A stretch of DNA of 64,000 nucleotides. Source: Muribaculaceae bacterium (lineage in GTDB: Bacteria; Bacteroidota; Bacteroidia; Bacteroidales; Muribaculaceae). The position numbers and the translations under genes were made by a program. The stretch lies in NCBI GenBank assembly GCA_029068655.1, contig JAIECF010000230.1:6382-70381 (forward strand). Direction: 5' to 3'. The notes below the pieces were generated by a model, which saw only the letters and a program-made list of their open reading frames with translations, did not search any database and was not told the origin of the DNA. Position 1 is the first letter of the stretch. Each line of letters begins with the position of its first letter. This document shows positions 45,276 to 56,245 of the stretch, in pieces.

Positions 45276-48247
45276 CCACAAACATGCCATACGTCGGCCC
45301 CAACGGCCGCATACATCTGAGAGACACTGCTTTTGCTGACCTGATGCAGAAGCGTGTCTTCTCCGTTTTACTGATAGCCACCCCCTACGACGCCTTCATG
45401 ATGGAAGAAGACGGACGCGTGGAAGAACAGGTATATTTCGAATATGTCTCCCTCAACCTCAGTTCTCCGCCAAGATTCACGATGGTGGCCAACTACGAAG
45501 AAGCCTTCAGCATGCTTTCGTCGAAGCATTTCGACCTCATCATGGCGATGCCGGGCGTCGACGTGTCGGAGACCTTCACTCAGGCTAAGCGGATCAAGGA
45601 GCTATATCCGGATATACCGTTTGTAGTGCTCACGCCTTTCTCGAAAGAGGTGCGCCGGCGTATCGCCAACGAAGACCTTACGGGTGTGGACTATGTCTTC
45701 TCATGGCTTGGAAACGTAGACCTCATCCTCGCCATAATCAAGCTGATGGAAGACCGCATGAATGCCGAGATCGACATTCTCGACGTAGGCGTACAGTGTA
45801 TCCTTCTCGTGGAAGACTCCATACGCTTCTACAGCTCGATTCTTCCCCACCTCTTCAAGCATCTGCTCAAACAGTCGATGGAATTCTCTACAGAGGCCCT
45901 CAACGAACATGAACGGATGCTCCGTATGCGTGGACGCCCCAAGGTGCTTCTCGCACGCGACTACGAGGAGGCACAAGCCCTTTTCGACCGATACGGCAAG
46001 CATATGCTCGGCATAATCAGCGACGTACGCTTTCCCCGGGGGGGAGAGAAGGATCCGCATGCCGGACTCCGGTTTGCAGCATACGTGCACGAGCGCAACC
46101 CGTTTGTGCCTATCATACTCGAAAGCCAGGAGACCTCAAACCGTCGTCTCGCGCAGGCCATGCGCCTCACTTTCCTCGACAAGGAGAGCAAGACGCTGCC
46201 TCAAGACCTCGGAAAGGCCATAGACTTCCTATTCGGCTTCGGAGATTTCATAGTGAAAGACCCCCTGACCGGCAACGAGCTGATGCGCTTCCACGAACTG
46301 AAAGACCTTCAGATGGCTGTCAACAACATTCCGTCAGAGGCACTCTTCAGGCATTGCGCCAACAATGACTTCTCACGATGGCTCTACAGCCGCGCCATCT
46401 TCCCGATAGCGGAGGCACTAAACAGCATACGATTCGAAAGCATGGATCAGGCCCCTCTCGTGCGCAAGCTGATCCTTGACTGCATAGTGGAATACAGGCG
46501 CATGAAAAACCGCGGCGTAGTGGCCATATTCAGAAAGGGGCGCTTCGACCGATACAGCAATTTCGCCCGAATCGGGCAAGGCTCGCTCGGAGGCAAGGGG
46601 CGCGGCCTCGCTTTCATCGACCAGATAATAAAGCGGAATCCGGCCTTCGACAACCTCAACGGAGTGACCATAAGCATACCGCGCACACTCGTGCTCTGCA
46701 CCGATATCTTCGACGAATTCATGGAGAGCAATTCCCTCTATCCTATCGCCCTGAGCGACGCACCCGACGAGGAGATACTGAAGGCATTCCTCGCCGCCAA
46801 GCTTCCCAAAAGCCTGAAGGAGGATTTTGAATATCTCTTCAACGTCGTAGACGGTCCGCTCGCGGTGCGCAGCTCATCGCTGCTCGAAGACTCCCACTAT
46901 CAGCCTTTCGCCGGAATCTACTCCACCTACATGATTCCGCACCTCGACGACCGGGAGAAGATGCTCAGGCAACTATGCGACGCCGTGAAGAGCGTCTATG
47001 CTTCCGTTTTCTTCGCCGACTCCAAGCTTTATATGAACGCCACAAGCAACGTCATAGACCAGGAGAAGATGGCGGTAATACTGCAGGAGGTGGTAGGCCA
47101 GGACCATGACGGGCTCTTCTATCCATCGTTCTCGGGAGTAGGCCGATCGCTCAACTACTATCCGATCGGCGACGAGCAGGCGGAAGACGGAGTAGTGGAG
47201 ATAGCGGCAGGTCTCGGCAAGTATATCGTAGACGGAGGACTCGCCCTACGTTTCTCACCGAAACATCCCGGAAAGGTTCTCCAGACCTCCACAGTGCAGC
47301 TCGCTCTGCGCGACACCCAGAAGCACATCTACGCCCTCGAGCAGACGGAGGCGACCGACTTCAAGACAGACGACGCTTTCAACCTCAGGAAGATCACCGT
47401 AGCGGAGGCATTCAAGACGGGCGCTTTAAAATATCTCGTGTCGACCTTCGACATGAACGACTACATGATACGCGACTCGGAGTTCGGATCAGGCCGAAAG
47501 ATCGTCACTTTCGCCAATGTGCTCAAGCAGGGTGTGTATCCCCTCGCGGAGGCCGCCGAACTGATGCTCGCCACCGGACAGTATGAGATGGGACGCCCTG
47601 TGGAGATAGAATTCGCCGGCATCATAGCGCCCGACGCGGCGAAGAATGAGCGCAAGGGTACGCTCTACTGGCTCCAGATGCGCCCGATAGTAGACCGCAA
47701 AGAGATGCTCGACGATTCGCTGCTCGACGTGCCTGACGACAGGCTTATAGTGAAAAGCGACTCGGCACTCGGACATGGACTTATGGACAACGTAAAGACC
47801 GTAGTCTATATACGCAGCGAAGGTTTCGACCCCGCCGGCAACGTGCAGCTCGCTCAGGAGGTGGATGCCGTCAACAAACGGATGATAGAGGAAAACAGAC
47901 CATACGTGCTTATCGGTCCGGGACGCTGGGGCTCAAGCGACTCCGCACTGGGAATACCCGTACGCTGGCCACAGATAGCCGGCGCCAGGGTAATAGTGGA
48001 ATATGCAATGCGAGGCTACCGCATAGAGCCCTCGCAGGGAACGCATTTCTTCCAGAACCTCACTTCTTTCGGCGTGGGTTACTTCACTGTGGATCCGGGC
48101 GCCGACAACGGCTTCCTCGATGAGGAATACCTCAACTCCCAACCCGCCATTTACGAGAAAGGAAATCTTCGTGTCGTGGAATTTGACGCTCCGCTCCCCA
48201 TAGCCATCAACGGACGCAAAGGCAAAGGAATCGTATGCAAACCCTAA
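45272..48247 (+). CDS. PEP/pyruvate-binding (PEP synthase/PPDK N-terminal) domain protein with receiver-like N-terminus
   Basis: 'ILLVEDS', 'GSLGGKGRGL', 'AVRSSSLLED..QPFAG', 'VEIEFA', 'LQMRP' and 'GPGRWGS'. Confidence 0.85.
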   Translation: MTTNMPYVGPNGRIHLRDTAFADLMQKRVFSVLLIATPYDAFMMEEDGRVEEQVYFEYVSLNLSSPPRFTMVANYEEAFSMLSSKHFDLIMAMPGVDVSETFTQAKRIKELYPDIPFVVLTPFSKEVRRRIANEDLTGVDYVFSWLGNVDLILAIIKLMEDRMNAEIDILDVGVQCILLVEDSIRFYSSILPHLFKHLLKQSMEFSTEALNEHERMLRMRGRPKVLLARDYEEAQALFDRYGKHMLGIISDVRFPRGGEKDPHAGLRFAAYVHERNPFVPIILESQETSNRRLAQAMRLTFLDKESKTLPQDLGKAIDFLFGFGDFIVKDPLTGNELMRFHELKDLQMAVNNIPSEALFRHCANNDFSRWLYSRAIFPIAEALNSIRFESMDQAPLVRKLILDCIVEYRRMKNRGVVAIFRKGRFDRYSNFARIGQGSLGGKGRGLAFIDQIIKRNPAFDNLNGVTISIPRTLVLCTDIFDEFMESNSLYPIALSDAPDEEILKAFLAAKLPKSLKEDFEYLFNVVDGPLAVRSSSLLEDSHYQPFAGIYSTYMIPHLDDREKMLRQLCDAVKSVYASVFFADSKLYMNATSNVIDQEKMAVILQEVVGQDHDGLFYPSFSGVGRSLNYYPIGDEQAEDGVVEIAAGLGKYIVDGGLALRFSPKHPGKVLQTSTVQLALRDTQKHIYALEQTEATDFKTDDAFNLRKITVAEAFKTGALKYLVSTFDMNDYMIRDSEFGSGRKIVTFANVLKQGVYPLAEAAELMLATGQYEMGRPVEIEFAGIIAPDAAKNERKGTLYWLQMRPIVDRKEMLDDSLLDVPDDRLIVKSDSALGHGLMDNVKTVVYIRSEGFDPAGNVQLAQEVDAVNKRMIEENRPYVLIGPGRWGSSDSALGIPVRWPQIAGARVIVEYAMRGYRIEPSQGTHFFQNLTSFGVGYFTVDPGADNGFLDEEYLNSQPAIYEKGNLRVVEFDAPLPIAINGRKGKGIVCKP

Positions 48248-48828
48248 AACCCTATATGCTTCCCGTGATTGAGGCCGGCTGCGACGAGGCCGGAAGGGGG
48301 TGTCTCGCCGGCTCGGTCAGCTGCGCCGCAGTAATCCTTCCTCCCGACTTCCACAACGACCTGCTTAACGATTCAAAACAGCTCACGGCGCGTCAACGCG
48401 ACCTACTGCGTCCCATAATAGAGCGAGAAGCCATAGCCTGGGCTGTGGTGATGGTCAGCCCGGAGGAGATAGACCGGATCAACATCCTGAACGCCTCAAT
48501 CACCGGAATGCAGCGCGCACTCGATGCCCTCGGCGTAGTCCCGGAACACGTCATCGTCGACGGCAACCGATTCCGCCCCTGGCGCGACGTGCCATGCGAC
48601 ACAGTGGTAAAAGGGGATGCCACATACATGAGCATCGCAGCCGCATCCGTACTCGCCAAGACACACCGCGACGAGCTGATGACCCACCTCGCAGCAGAGC
48701 ATCCGGGCTACGGCTGGGAACGCAACATGGGCTACCCCACCAAAGAGCACCTGACGGCACTCGACTCTCTCGGCCTCACACCCCACCACCGCCGCAGTTT
48801 CGGTCCCTGCCAGCCCCGCCTCTTTTAA
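48235..48828 (+). CDS. rnhB: Ribonuclease HII
   Basis: 'GCDEAGRG', 'LNDSK', 'VDGN', 'KGD', 'AASVLAK' and 'HRRSF'. Confidence 0.95.
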   Translation: MQTLKPYMLPVIEAGCDEAGRGCLAGSVSCAAVILPPDFHNDLLNDSKQLTARQRDLLRPIIEREAIAWAVVMVSPEEIDRINILNASITGMQRALDALGVVPEHVIVDGNRFRPWRDVPCDTVVKGDATYMSIAAASVLAKTHRDELMTHLAAEHPGYGWERNMGYPTKEHLTALDSLGLTPHHRRSFGPCQPRLF

Positions 48829-48986
48829 CCTTAATATTGAGTGTTAAACCTTAATATGGCAACTTAGCCGCATAAATACCCTTATAGAAATCGCAAATCG
48901 CGCATCGCAAACCGCACCCCACTTTGCAATCTCAAAAAATTTTCGTAAATTTGCAGATTATTAGCAAGTAGTGTAAACCATCACTC

Positions 48987-51900
48987 ATGATTACGAAGAA
49001 ATACAATCTGATCAACAACATAGGCGGCTGGCTGGTGTTCATAATCGCCCTCGCCACCTATTGGCTCACTCTCGAGCCTACCGCCTCCTACTGGGACTGC
49101 GGTGAGTTCATAATCCAGGCAGACAAACTCGAGGTCGGTCACCCGCCGGGCAACCCTATCTTCATGCTTGCAGGACGCTTCTTCGTGAACTTCGCGCCTG
49201 ACCCGACCTATATACCCCTGATGGTCAATGCCATGAGCGGCCTGCTGTCGGCCCTCACCATACTGCTCCTATTCTGGACAATATCCCATCTCGTGCGGCG
49301 CCTCACAGTGGCCGACGGATACGATGGTGAGCTTCCGCTCTACAAGTATGTTGTGATCATGGGATCAGCCCTCGTCGGCTCTCTCGCCTACACCTGGAGC
49401 GACACCTTCTGGTTCTCGGCGGTAGAGGGAGAGGTATACGCGTTCTCGTCGTTCTGCACGGCCCTCGTTTTCTGGCTCATATTGAAATGGGAGAATCGCG
49501 CCAACCAGCCTCACGCCGACCGATATCTCGTGCTAATAGCATATGTGATCGGCGTCAGCGTAGCAGTCCACCTCCTCAACCTGCTCTGCATCCCGGCCAT
49601 CGTACTCGTATTCGCATACCGGAAGTGGAACGATATGAATCTCAAGAAGTCGATCGGCGCGCTACTCGTGTCGTTTGCCATCATCTTCTTCGTTCTCTAC
49701 GGTCTTGTGCCGGGCTTCATAAAAGTGGCCCAGCAGTTCGAGCTCTTCTTCGTCAACACCTGCGGCATGAGCTTCAATTCAGGAGCCCTCATCTACGCAT
49801 GCACTGTGACAGCCTCATTCGTCTGGGCCCTCTACACGCTTAAGAAGCAGAGCAGCGCCAATATGATACGGATCTCGTTTCTGCTCGCCGTGGCGCTCTC
49901 AGGCATACTATGGATCGGCAACGGCGTAGCGCTCGGCATAATACTCTTCATAGTGCTCGCCCTCCTGCTATGGACATATTTCAGGCATTCCGTTCCGGTG
50001 CGCGTGCTCAGCCTCATCACGTGGAGCATGGCGATGATCTTCGTAGGCTACAGCAGCTATGCACTCATCCTCATACGCTCCACAGCCGACACGCCGATGA
50101 ACCAGAACTCGCCCGACAATGTATTTGACCTCGCGACATACCTCAACCGCGAGCAGTATGGCGAGAACCCGCTCATCTACGGCGAGACACTCTATTCGCA
50201 GGTGCAGAAGCAGCAGGTGGGACTTTACACCGATACCCTCGGACATACGCAGGACGGATATCCGATCACGCTGACCACGCCGCAGTATAATTCTGTGATC
50301 AATCCAGGCAAACCGCTCTACGTGAAAGGAGTGAAAGACGCCCGGACGAAGTCTGAATACGGATTCCTGTCCGACTCCGAGATCGCGGCCAACACCCGCC
50401 TCGCTGAGACGCGTAAGGACTATTACGTGAAGAAAGACTATAAGTCGGAGCCCGTCTACAATCCTGAGCTCAACATGCTCTTCCCACGCATCTACAGCCG
50501 CCAGCACGAGTCGATGTACAAGCAGTGGGTAAACCTCGACACCACAGCTTCCAACCTTGTGGAGATACACGCCATAGATCAGGACGGACACAAGATTCCG
50601 GAACTCGATACCGGCCGCGAGCCTCAGTATAACGAGATCACAGGCCGCGTGATGTATCCCGGGAAATACGTCTTCAAGCCCTCGTTTATCCAGAACCTGG
50701 CTTATTTCTTCAACTATCAGCTCAACCACATGTATATGCGCTATTTCATGTGGAACTTCGCGGGACGCCAGAACGACGTCAACAACCAGAGCGGCGAACT
50801 CGACGCGGGCAACTGGATCTCGGGCATACCCTTCATCGACAACGCCCGCCTCGGCGACCAGAGTCTACTTCCCGACGACCTCGGAAAGAACAATCCGGGC
50901 CACAACGTATTCTACATGCTTCCGCTTCTTCTCGGTCTGCTCGGACTATGCTGGCAGTCGTTCGAAGGGCGCCGCGGCATCGAGCAGTTCTGGGTGATAT
51001 TCTTCCTCTTCTTCATGACCGGCATCGCCATCGTGCTCTACCTCAACCAGGTGCCAAATCAGCCGCGAGAGCGGGACTACGCCTTCGCAGGCAGCTTCTA
51101 TGCCTTCGCCATCTGGATCGGCATGGGCGTGGCAGCTCTCTGGAAGATACTCTGCTTCTTAACCGAGAAGAAGAAAAAGCCGGCTCCCACCGCGCCTTCA
51201 GGGGCATCTGTTGAAGAAGACGGATACGCCGATGACGCTCCCTTCCCGGATAAGGCTCCCGTCCTTGCCTGGGTGGCAGCCATACTGTCGCTTATAGTTC
51301 CTATCCAGATGGTAAGCCAGACATGGGACGACCACGACCGTTCCGGCCGATACGCGATGCGCGACTTCGCCATCAACTATCTCAACAGCCTCGAGCCCAA
51401 CGCCATCGTATTCTGCAACGGCGACAACGATACATTCCCGCTCTGGTATGTGCAGGAAGTGGAAGGAGTGCGTCCCGACGTCAAGATCATCAACCTCAGC
51501 TATCTGAACTCAGACTGGTATGCCAACCAGCAGCGCATGCAGAGCTACGACGCAGACGCGGTGAAGTTCACCGCAGAGCCGAAAGACTACGCCTATGGCA
51601 AGCTCGACGTGACACTGCCCGGACGCGGAGGAGCAGCCGACCTGCTTACCTCGCTGAAGGCCCTCTATGCCGGGCAATATGACGCCCGCTACGGTTATCC
51701 CATGCTCAGTGCCTCTACACTGACAATTCCGGTGGATAAGAAGAAGGTGCTCGAGCGCGGTCTCGTGGCTCCGGAGGATTCAGCCCTCATCGAAGACCAT
51801 ATCGTGGTAGATCTCTCTCAATCGGCTGCCGTCGCCTCAAAGGGATATGTCGGTCTCGGCGAGATACTGATGCTCGACATCATCGCCACCAACGCCGCCA

Positions 51901-52985
51901 ATGGCTGGCAACGCCCCATCTACTGGGCCTCTACCGTAGGGCCTGACTATCACCTCAGCCTTACACCCTATGTGCGCAGCACAGGCATGGTGCACCAGCT
52001 TACTCCTACCATCCAGCCCGACATGGCTCCACGCACAGACCGAGCCTACGACGTAGTGAAGAACTACCTCTGGGGCGGAGCCGACAAGGCTTCAGACAAG
52101 GATAAGATATATTATGACGAGACGGCACGCCGCATGCTCGTCTCCACCCGCACCTCTATGATCGACGTGGCAAGCCAGCTCCTCAGCGAAGGGGACATGG
52201 CCCGTGTGGCCGGTGACTCAGCCAAGGCCAGGCAGAAATACACACAGTCTGCCGAGATCGTAGACCTGATGGAGAAAAAGCTCAGCGACAAAGCCGCTCC
52301 ATACTCTATGTCGACAGCCCTTACACTCGCCCAGCTTAACTGTGAACTTGCAGGCAATGATGTGCTCGGCGACAAGACACGCCTCGAGAAGGGACGGCGT
52401 CAGCTGCTCGCCCTCATCGATAAATATGGACAGAATGTGCGCTACAACAGGCAGATGCGCTACAGCTTCGGCAATCCCTCGATGACGTATGAGAATCAGC
52501 TCATCCCGTATCAGTATTACCGCTTCATCGAACTCTACCGCAAATACAGCGACAAGGGTGGGAACTCCTCCTCAATAGCAAAGCCGGCAGAGACGGAAGG
52601 CAACCTCAGCAGGAAGAGCGATGATGTCGACGCGATCCTGCAGAAGTACGGACTGAACGAAGACGAGCTCAAGCGCGACTACGAGAACTACCTGAGAATG
52701 CGCAACGGCCAGTCAGCACCTGCCGACGACGGCATCACCTGGGAGGAATTCGAGACCGAGATAATCAAATATTGCGAGATCGCCAATGAACTTGCATCTC
52801 TCTCACCCGAAGAGTATGCCAAGCGCTCGGCCGAGGAAAAGCAGATCGACTCGGTGATCTATTCTGTGATAGAGGTATTCCTTTCAGAAGGAGGAAGTGA
52901 GGAAAACCTCCGGAAATATGAACAGTACCGGAAGCTCGACATGTCGCGCGCAAAGCGCCTGAGCGAGCAAAGCCAGGGTTTCTGA
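48987..52985 (+). CDS. DUF2723 family multi-TM (GT-C-like) membrane protein
   Basis: 'SYWDCGEFI', 'HPPG', 'WFSAVEGEVYA', 'RERDYA' and 'NGDNDTFPLWY'. Confidence 0.9.
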   Translation: MITKKYNLINNIGGWLVFIIALATYWLTLEPTASYWDCGEFIIQADKLEVGHPPGNPIFMLAGRFFVNFAPDPTYIPLMVNAMSGLLSALTILLLFWTISHLVRRLTVADGYDGELPLYKYVVIMGSALVGSLAYTWSDTFWFSAVEGEVYAFSSFCTALVFWLILKWENRANQPHADRYLVLIAYVIGVSVAVHLLNLLCIPAIVLVFAYRKWNDMNLKKSIGALLVSFAIIFFVLYGLVPGFIKVAQQFELFFVNTCGMSFNSGALIYACTVTASFVWALYTLKKQSSANMIRISFLLAVALSGILWIGNGVALGIILFIVLALLLWTYFRHSVPVRVLSLITWSMAMIFVGYSSYALILIRSTADTPMNQNSPDNVFDLATYLNREQYGENPLIYGETLYSQVQKQQVGLYTDTLGHTQDGYPITLTTPQYNSVINPGKPLYVKGVKDARTKSEYGFLSDSEIAANTRLAETRKDYYVKKDYKSEPVYNPELNMLFPRIYSRQHESMYKQWVNLDTTASNLVEIHAIDQDGHKIPELDTGREPQYNEITGRVMYPGKYVFKPSFIQNLAYFFNYQLNHMYMRYFMWNFAGRQNDVNNQSGELDAGNWISGIPFIDNARLGDQSLLPDDLGKNNPGHNVFYMLPLLLGLLGLCWQSFEGRRGIEQFWVIFFLFFMTGIAIVLYLNQVPNQPRERDYAFAGSFYAFAIWIGMGVAALWKILCFLTEKKKKPAPTAPSGASVEEDGYADDAPFPDKAPVLAWVAAILSLIVPIQMVSQTWDDHDRSGRYAMRDFAINYLNSLEPNAIVFCNGDNDTFPLWYVQEVEGVRPDVKIINLSYLNSDWYANQQRMQSYDADAVKFTAEPKDYAYGKLDVTLPGRGGAADLLTSLKALYAGQYDARYGYPMLSASTLTIPVDKKKVLERGLVAPEDSALIEDHIVVDLSQSAAVASKGYVGLGEILMLDIIATNAANGWQRPIYWASTVGPDYHLSLTPYVRSTGMVHQLTPTIQPDMAPRTDRAYDVVKNYLWGGADKASDKDKIYYDETARRMLVSTRTSMIDVASQLLSEGDMARVAGDSAKARQKYTQSAEIVDLMEKKLSDKAAPYSMSTALTLAQLNCELAGNDVLGDKTRLEKGRRQLLALIDKYGQNVRYNRQMRYSFGNPSMTYENQLIPYQYYRFIELYRKYSDKGGNSSSIAKPAETEGNLSRKSDDVDAILQKYGLNEDELKRDYENYLRMRNGQSAPADDGITWEEFETEIIKYCEIANELASLSPEEYAKRSAEEKQIDSVIYSVIEVFLSEGGSEENLRKYEQYRKLDMSRAKRLSEQSQGF

Positions 52986-53641
52986 TGCTGCTGCCTCAGG
53001 AGCGCATACCTTGGATTCTACGGTTTCCCGTTTTCAGGCGCGAAGTCTTGTTTCGCGTCGAAGACGGGAAACCGTCGGTGTATCTGACCTTCGACGACGG
53101 CCCTATTCCCGAGTCGACTCCATGGCTCCTGAAGACCCTCGAAGAGCACGGCGCGAAGGCCACTTTCTTCATGGTGGCAGACAACGCCCGACGCTATCCC
53201 GAACTTTTCAGGGCCGTAGTGAAGGCCGGGCATGCCGTAGGCAACCATACTTTCCACCACATCCCCCCCTTCCGCCAGTCTACAGACGAAATGCTGGCCG
53301 ACGTACGTCTTGCCGAAGAGACCTTCTTAAGACTCAAGGCTCAAGACTTAAGACTCAACCTCTTCCGTCCCCCTCACGGCCTCATCCTGCGCCGTCAGCA
53401 GAAAGCTCTCTCAGAAGCCGGATACCGGATCGTGATGTTTGACCTGAACACGCTCGACTACAGAGCCGACCGTACCCCCGAAGCCATCCTCGCCTCCGTG
53501 AAGGCCAACGTCCGTCCGGGCTGCATCATCAACCTCCACGACTCCCTGAAGAGCATAGAGAAGCTGAAGCGATGCCTCCCGGAGATATTGGATTATCTCG
53601 TCTCCCAAGGCTACGCCATGGCCCCGTTATCCTTCCGGTAG
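52985..53641 (+). CDS. Polysaccharide deacetylase (CE4/NodB)
   Basis: 'LTFDDGP', 'GNHTFHH', 'FRPPHG' and 'LHD'. Confidence 0.9.
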   Translation: MLLPQERIPWILRFPVFRREVLFRVEDGKPSVYLTFDDGPIPESTPWLLKTLEEHGAKATFFMVADNARRYPELFRAVVKAGHAVGNHTFHHIPPFRQSTDEMLADVRLAEETFLRLKAQDLRLNLFRPPHGLILRRQQKALSEAGYRIVMFDLNTLDYRADRTPEAILASVKANVRPGCIINLHDSLKSIEKLKRCLPEILDYLVSQGYAMAPLSFR

Positions 53642-53709
53642 GGACGCACGGCGCATGCGCGCGTGCGACAATTCTGATATTTTATATTTAATATTTATAT
53701 TTAATCTTT

Positions 53710-54606
53710 ATGCAACCAATCCGCGCCGCCGTAGTAGGCTACGGCAATATCGGCCGCTTCACGATCGAAGCACTCGAGGCCGCTCCCGATTTCGAGATCG
53801 CAGGCGTTGTTCGCCGCAAGGTAGATGTAATTCCGGCGGAACTGCAGGCTTACAAGGTAGTGACCGACATAAAGGAACTCGGCCACGTAGATGTAGCCAT
53901 CCTCTGCACTCCTACCCGCGAGGTAGAGAAACATGCCCTCAAGTATCTCGCCATGGGCATCAATACAGTCGACAGCTTCGACATCCACACCTCTATCCTC
54001 GACCTGCGCCGCTCCCTCGACGCTGCAGCAAAGGCTGCCGGCAAGGTGTCGGTAATTTCCGCCGGCTGGGATCCGGGCAGTGACTCGATCGTGCGCACCC
54101 TTATGGAGGCAGCGGCCCCCAAAGGCCTTACCCATACGAACTTCGGGCCCGGAATGAGTATGGGCCACACAGTCTGCGTAAAATCTAAACCTGGCGTAAA
54201 GAACGCGCTTTCCATGACTATGCCAAAAGGCGATGGAATGCACCGCCGTATGGTATACGTAGAACTTGAGGATGGCGCGAAGCTTGAGGATGTGGCCAAG
54301 GCCGTGAAGGAAGATCCCTACTTCGCATCCGACGAGACCCATGTTATGGCAGTGGAGAGCGTGGACGCGGTTAAAGACATGGGCCATGGCGTGCATATGG
54401 TGCGCAAGGGCGTATCCGGCAAGACCCAGAACCAGCGGTTCGAGTTCAACATGTCGATCAACAACCCGGCTCTCACCGCCCAGCTTCTCGTAGGAGTGGC
54501 ACGCGCCGCTTTGCGCCTCGCTCCCGGAGCCTACACCATGATAGAGATTCCCGTCATCGACCTCCTCCCCGGCGACAGAGAATCACTCATCGCCCACTTA
54601 GTGTAA
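53710..54606 (+). CDS. ddh: meso-Diaminopimelate dehydrogenase
   Basis: 'GYGNIG', 'TVDSFDIH', 'AGWDPGSDS' and 'FGPGMSMGH'. Confidence 0.9.
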   Translation: MQPIRAAVVGYGNIGRFTIEALEAAPDFEIAGVVRRKVDVIPAELQAYKVVTDIKELGHVDVAILCTPTREVEKHALKYLAMGINTVDSFDIHTSILDLRRSLDAAAKAAGKVSVISAGWDPGSDSIVRTLMEAAAPKGLTHTNFGPGMSMGHTVCVKSKPGVKNALSMTMPKGDGMHRRMVYVELEDGAKLEDVAKAVKEDPYFASDETHVMAVESVDAVKDMGHGVHMVRKGVSGKTQNQRFEFNMSINNPALTAQLLVGVARAALRLAPGAYTMIEIPVIDLLPGDRESLIAHLV

Positions 54607-54648
54607 ACATTAAGATTAATTCATAATTATCTTTCGCAGATATCAAAA

Positions 54649-54685
54649 AAGGGACGGATGATGCCAATATGCGTCATCCGTCCTT
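54649..54685. terminator. Bidirectional terminator between convergent genes
   Basis: AAGGGACGGATGATGC-CAATAT-GCGTCATCCGTCCTT with A/T tracts on both sides. Confidence 0.75.
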
Positions 54686-54710
54686 AATCTTTTATATTTA
54701 ATCTTTAATC

Positions 54711-56036
54711 TTAAATTCTTTTCTTTCCGTCCTTGACCACAATCCGGCCCTTCTCGGGAGCTACGACAGGCAGACCGTTCAGATAATAACACTTAGCGGA
54801 CTCCTCCGGAATGCAGACCGAAGAGACTGCCGCCGACACATCGACATAATCTGAGTATTCCGCGCGGATCAGGTAATCCGTCTCTTCCTCACCGGAATCT
54901 TCGGAATAATGCTGGCTGACGGTATAGGTGACAGGTTTGCCTTCCGTATCATACTCTACTTCCCCGACAGTCATGTCGCTATAGCTGCCCTCAGCGTTTT
55001 CCACGGTGTTGCCATCAAGTGTCGTCAGGCCCCAGTCGTCAAAACGCACCTCATTCCTTATAGATTCTACCAGCGAATCCATATACCACGAATTCATCTC
55101 CAGGATATATCCGTCATTCTCGAGAGGAGTATACTGAGTCGTCGCAATTTCCACATCCTCCGAGTCAGCGACCGACATAGTCGCCGTATAAGCCTCGCTG
55201 TCGTCGGCATATTCCACCGTAACTTCCATCAATCCGTTACTATCCTCGTAAAGTCCCGACTTGAGGCGGTTGTTGCCGATGAATAAATCCTCTATGTCAT
55301 ATATCTGGCCGTCGGTGCGATCCCATACTATATCGGTGATCTTTGTGCCCTGCTCCCAGTAGTATTCATAAGTGGAATAATCAAAGGCCAGAAGCTGCTC
55401 TGACATTTCCACCGCTTTTCCGTCTTCACCGTATATTATGTCCAGACGCTGCGTCGGGTCGTAGAAGCCATTGAAGAGCACTGCTATCACAACGCTGGTG
55501 ATGTTGCCGTCATCGTCGCGGGTGATTCTCCTCTCATAGTTGTTGGTCACCTGTCTCCAGTCGCCGTCGAGCCACATCCATCCTGAATTCTTTGTTATCA
55601 CTCTCGTGAGGACAGGATCATATTCGGTCTCTGTCCTTGAATAGTCGGAGTAGTTGACGCCGTCGGATGAAACTCTTGTCTCCTTCTTTGTCACCATCCC
55701 GTGGTCGTTATATTCATAAACTGTCTTCGTGTAGTCGCCTTCCGCATCCTTGCAATCCTCGACAGTCACATTTCCATCCTTGTCGTAGGTATAGGTATAT
55801 GTGTCGTCGGCTACCCATCGCCGGCCGTTCCAGCCATACGTCTTGGTCATACCCCACTTGAGCTTCCCCGCCATCTCTGATGCCTTCATCACCTTCATAG
55901 CCTCACGCTTATCCGACATCTGGCCTATGTACCGGATTTTCTCCGATGCCCCGGCACGCCCGTCTCTTACTCCTCCCAAAACGGGAAATGCCATAACCAA
56001 TGCCATCCCCATCACAACAACTGCAGAACTCTTCAT
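54711..56036 (-). CDS. Acidic secreted hypothetical protein with T9SS-like C-terminus
   Basis: Signal peptide; Tyr/Asp-rich beta repeats ('YTYDKDGN'); C-terminal 'YYLNGLPV...GRIVVKDGKK'. Confidence 0.7.
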   Translation of the reverse strand: MKSSAVVVMGMALVMAFPVLGGVRDGRAGASEKIRYIGQMSDKREAMKVMKASEMAGKLKWGMTKTYGWNGRRWVADDTYTYTYDKDGNVTVEDCKDAEGDYTKTVYEYNDHGMVTKKETRVSSDGVNYSDYSRTETEYDPVLTRVITKNSGWMWLDGDWRQVTNNYERRITRDDDGNITSVVIAVLFNGFYDPTQRLDIIYGEDGKAVEMSEQLLAFDYSTYEYYWEQGTKITDIVWDRTDGQIYDIEDLFIGNNRLKSGLYEDSNGLMEVTVEYADDSEAYTATMSVADSEDVEIATTQYTPLENDGYILEMNSWYMDSLVESIRNEVRFDDWGLTTLDGNTVENAEGSYSDMTVGEVEYDTEGKPVTYTVSQHYSEDSGEEETDYLIRAEYSDYVDVSAAVSSVCIPEESAKCYYLNGLPVVAPEKGRIVVKDGKKRI

Positions 56037-56110
56037 AAATCAATATTTCTTAAATTATCGTCTGCAAAATTAATACATTTTTTTTAATATCATATATGAT
56101 TCAGCAAATA

Positions 56111-56141
56111 AAAAAACTGAGCCGCGCATCACGCGCGGCTC
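56111..56141 (-). terminator. Rho-independent terminator of the GH10 gene
   Basis: GAGCCGCGC-ATCAC-GCGCGGCTC preceded by an A-run (U-tract on the minus strand). Confidence 0.7.
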
Positions 56142-56245
56142 TTCGTGTCAAACATGGTATAGGATTAGACGTTAGTTTATCTTCATGTCCCCACAATATC
56201 CAACCTCTTGAAATAAACCGATTTTAAACATTTAACCTTCTATTC

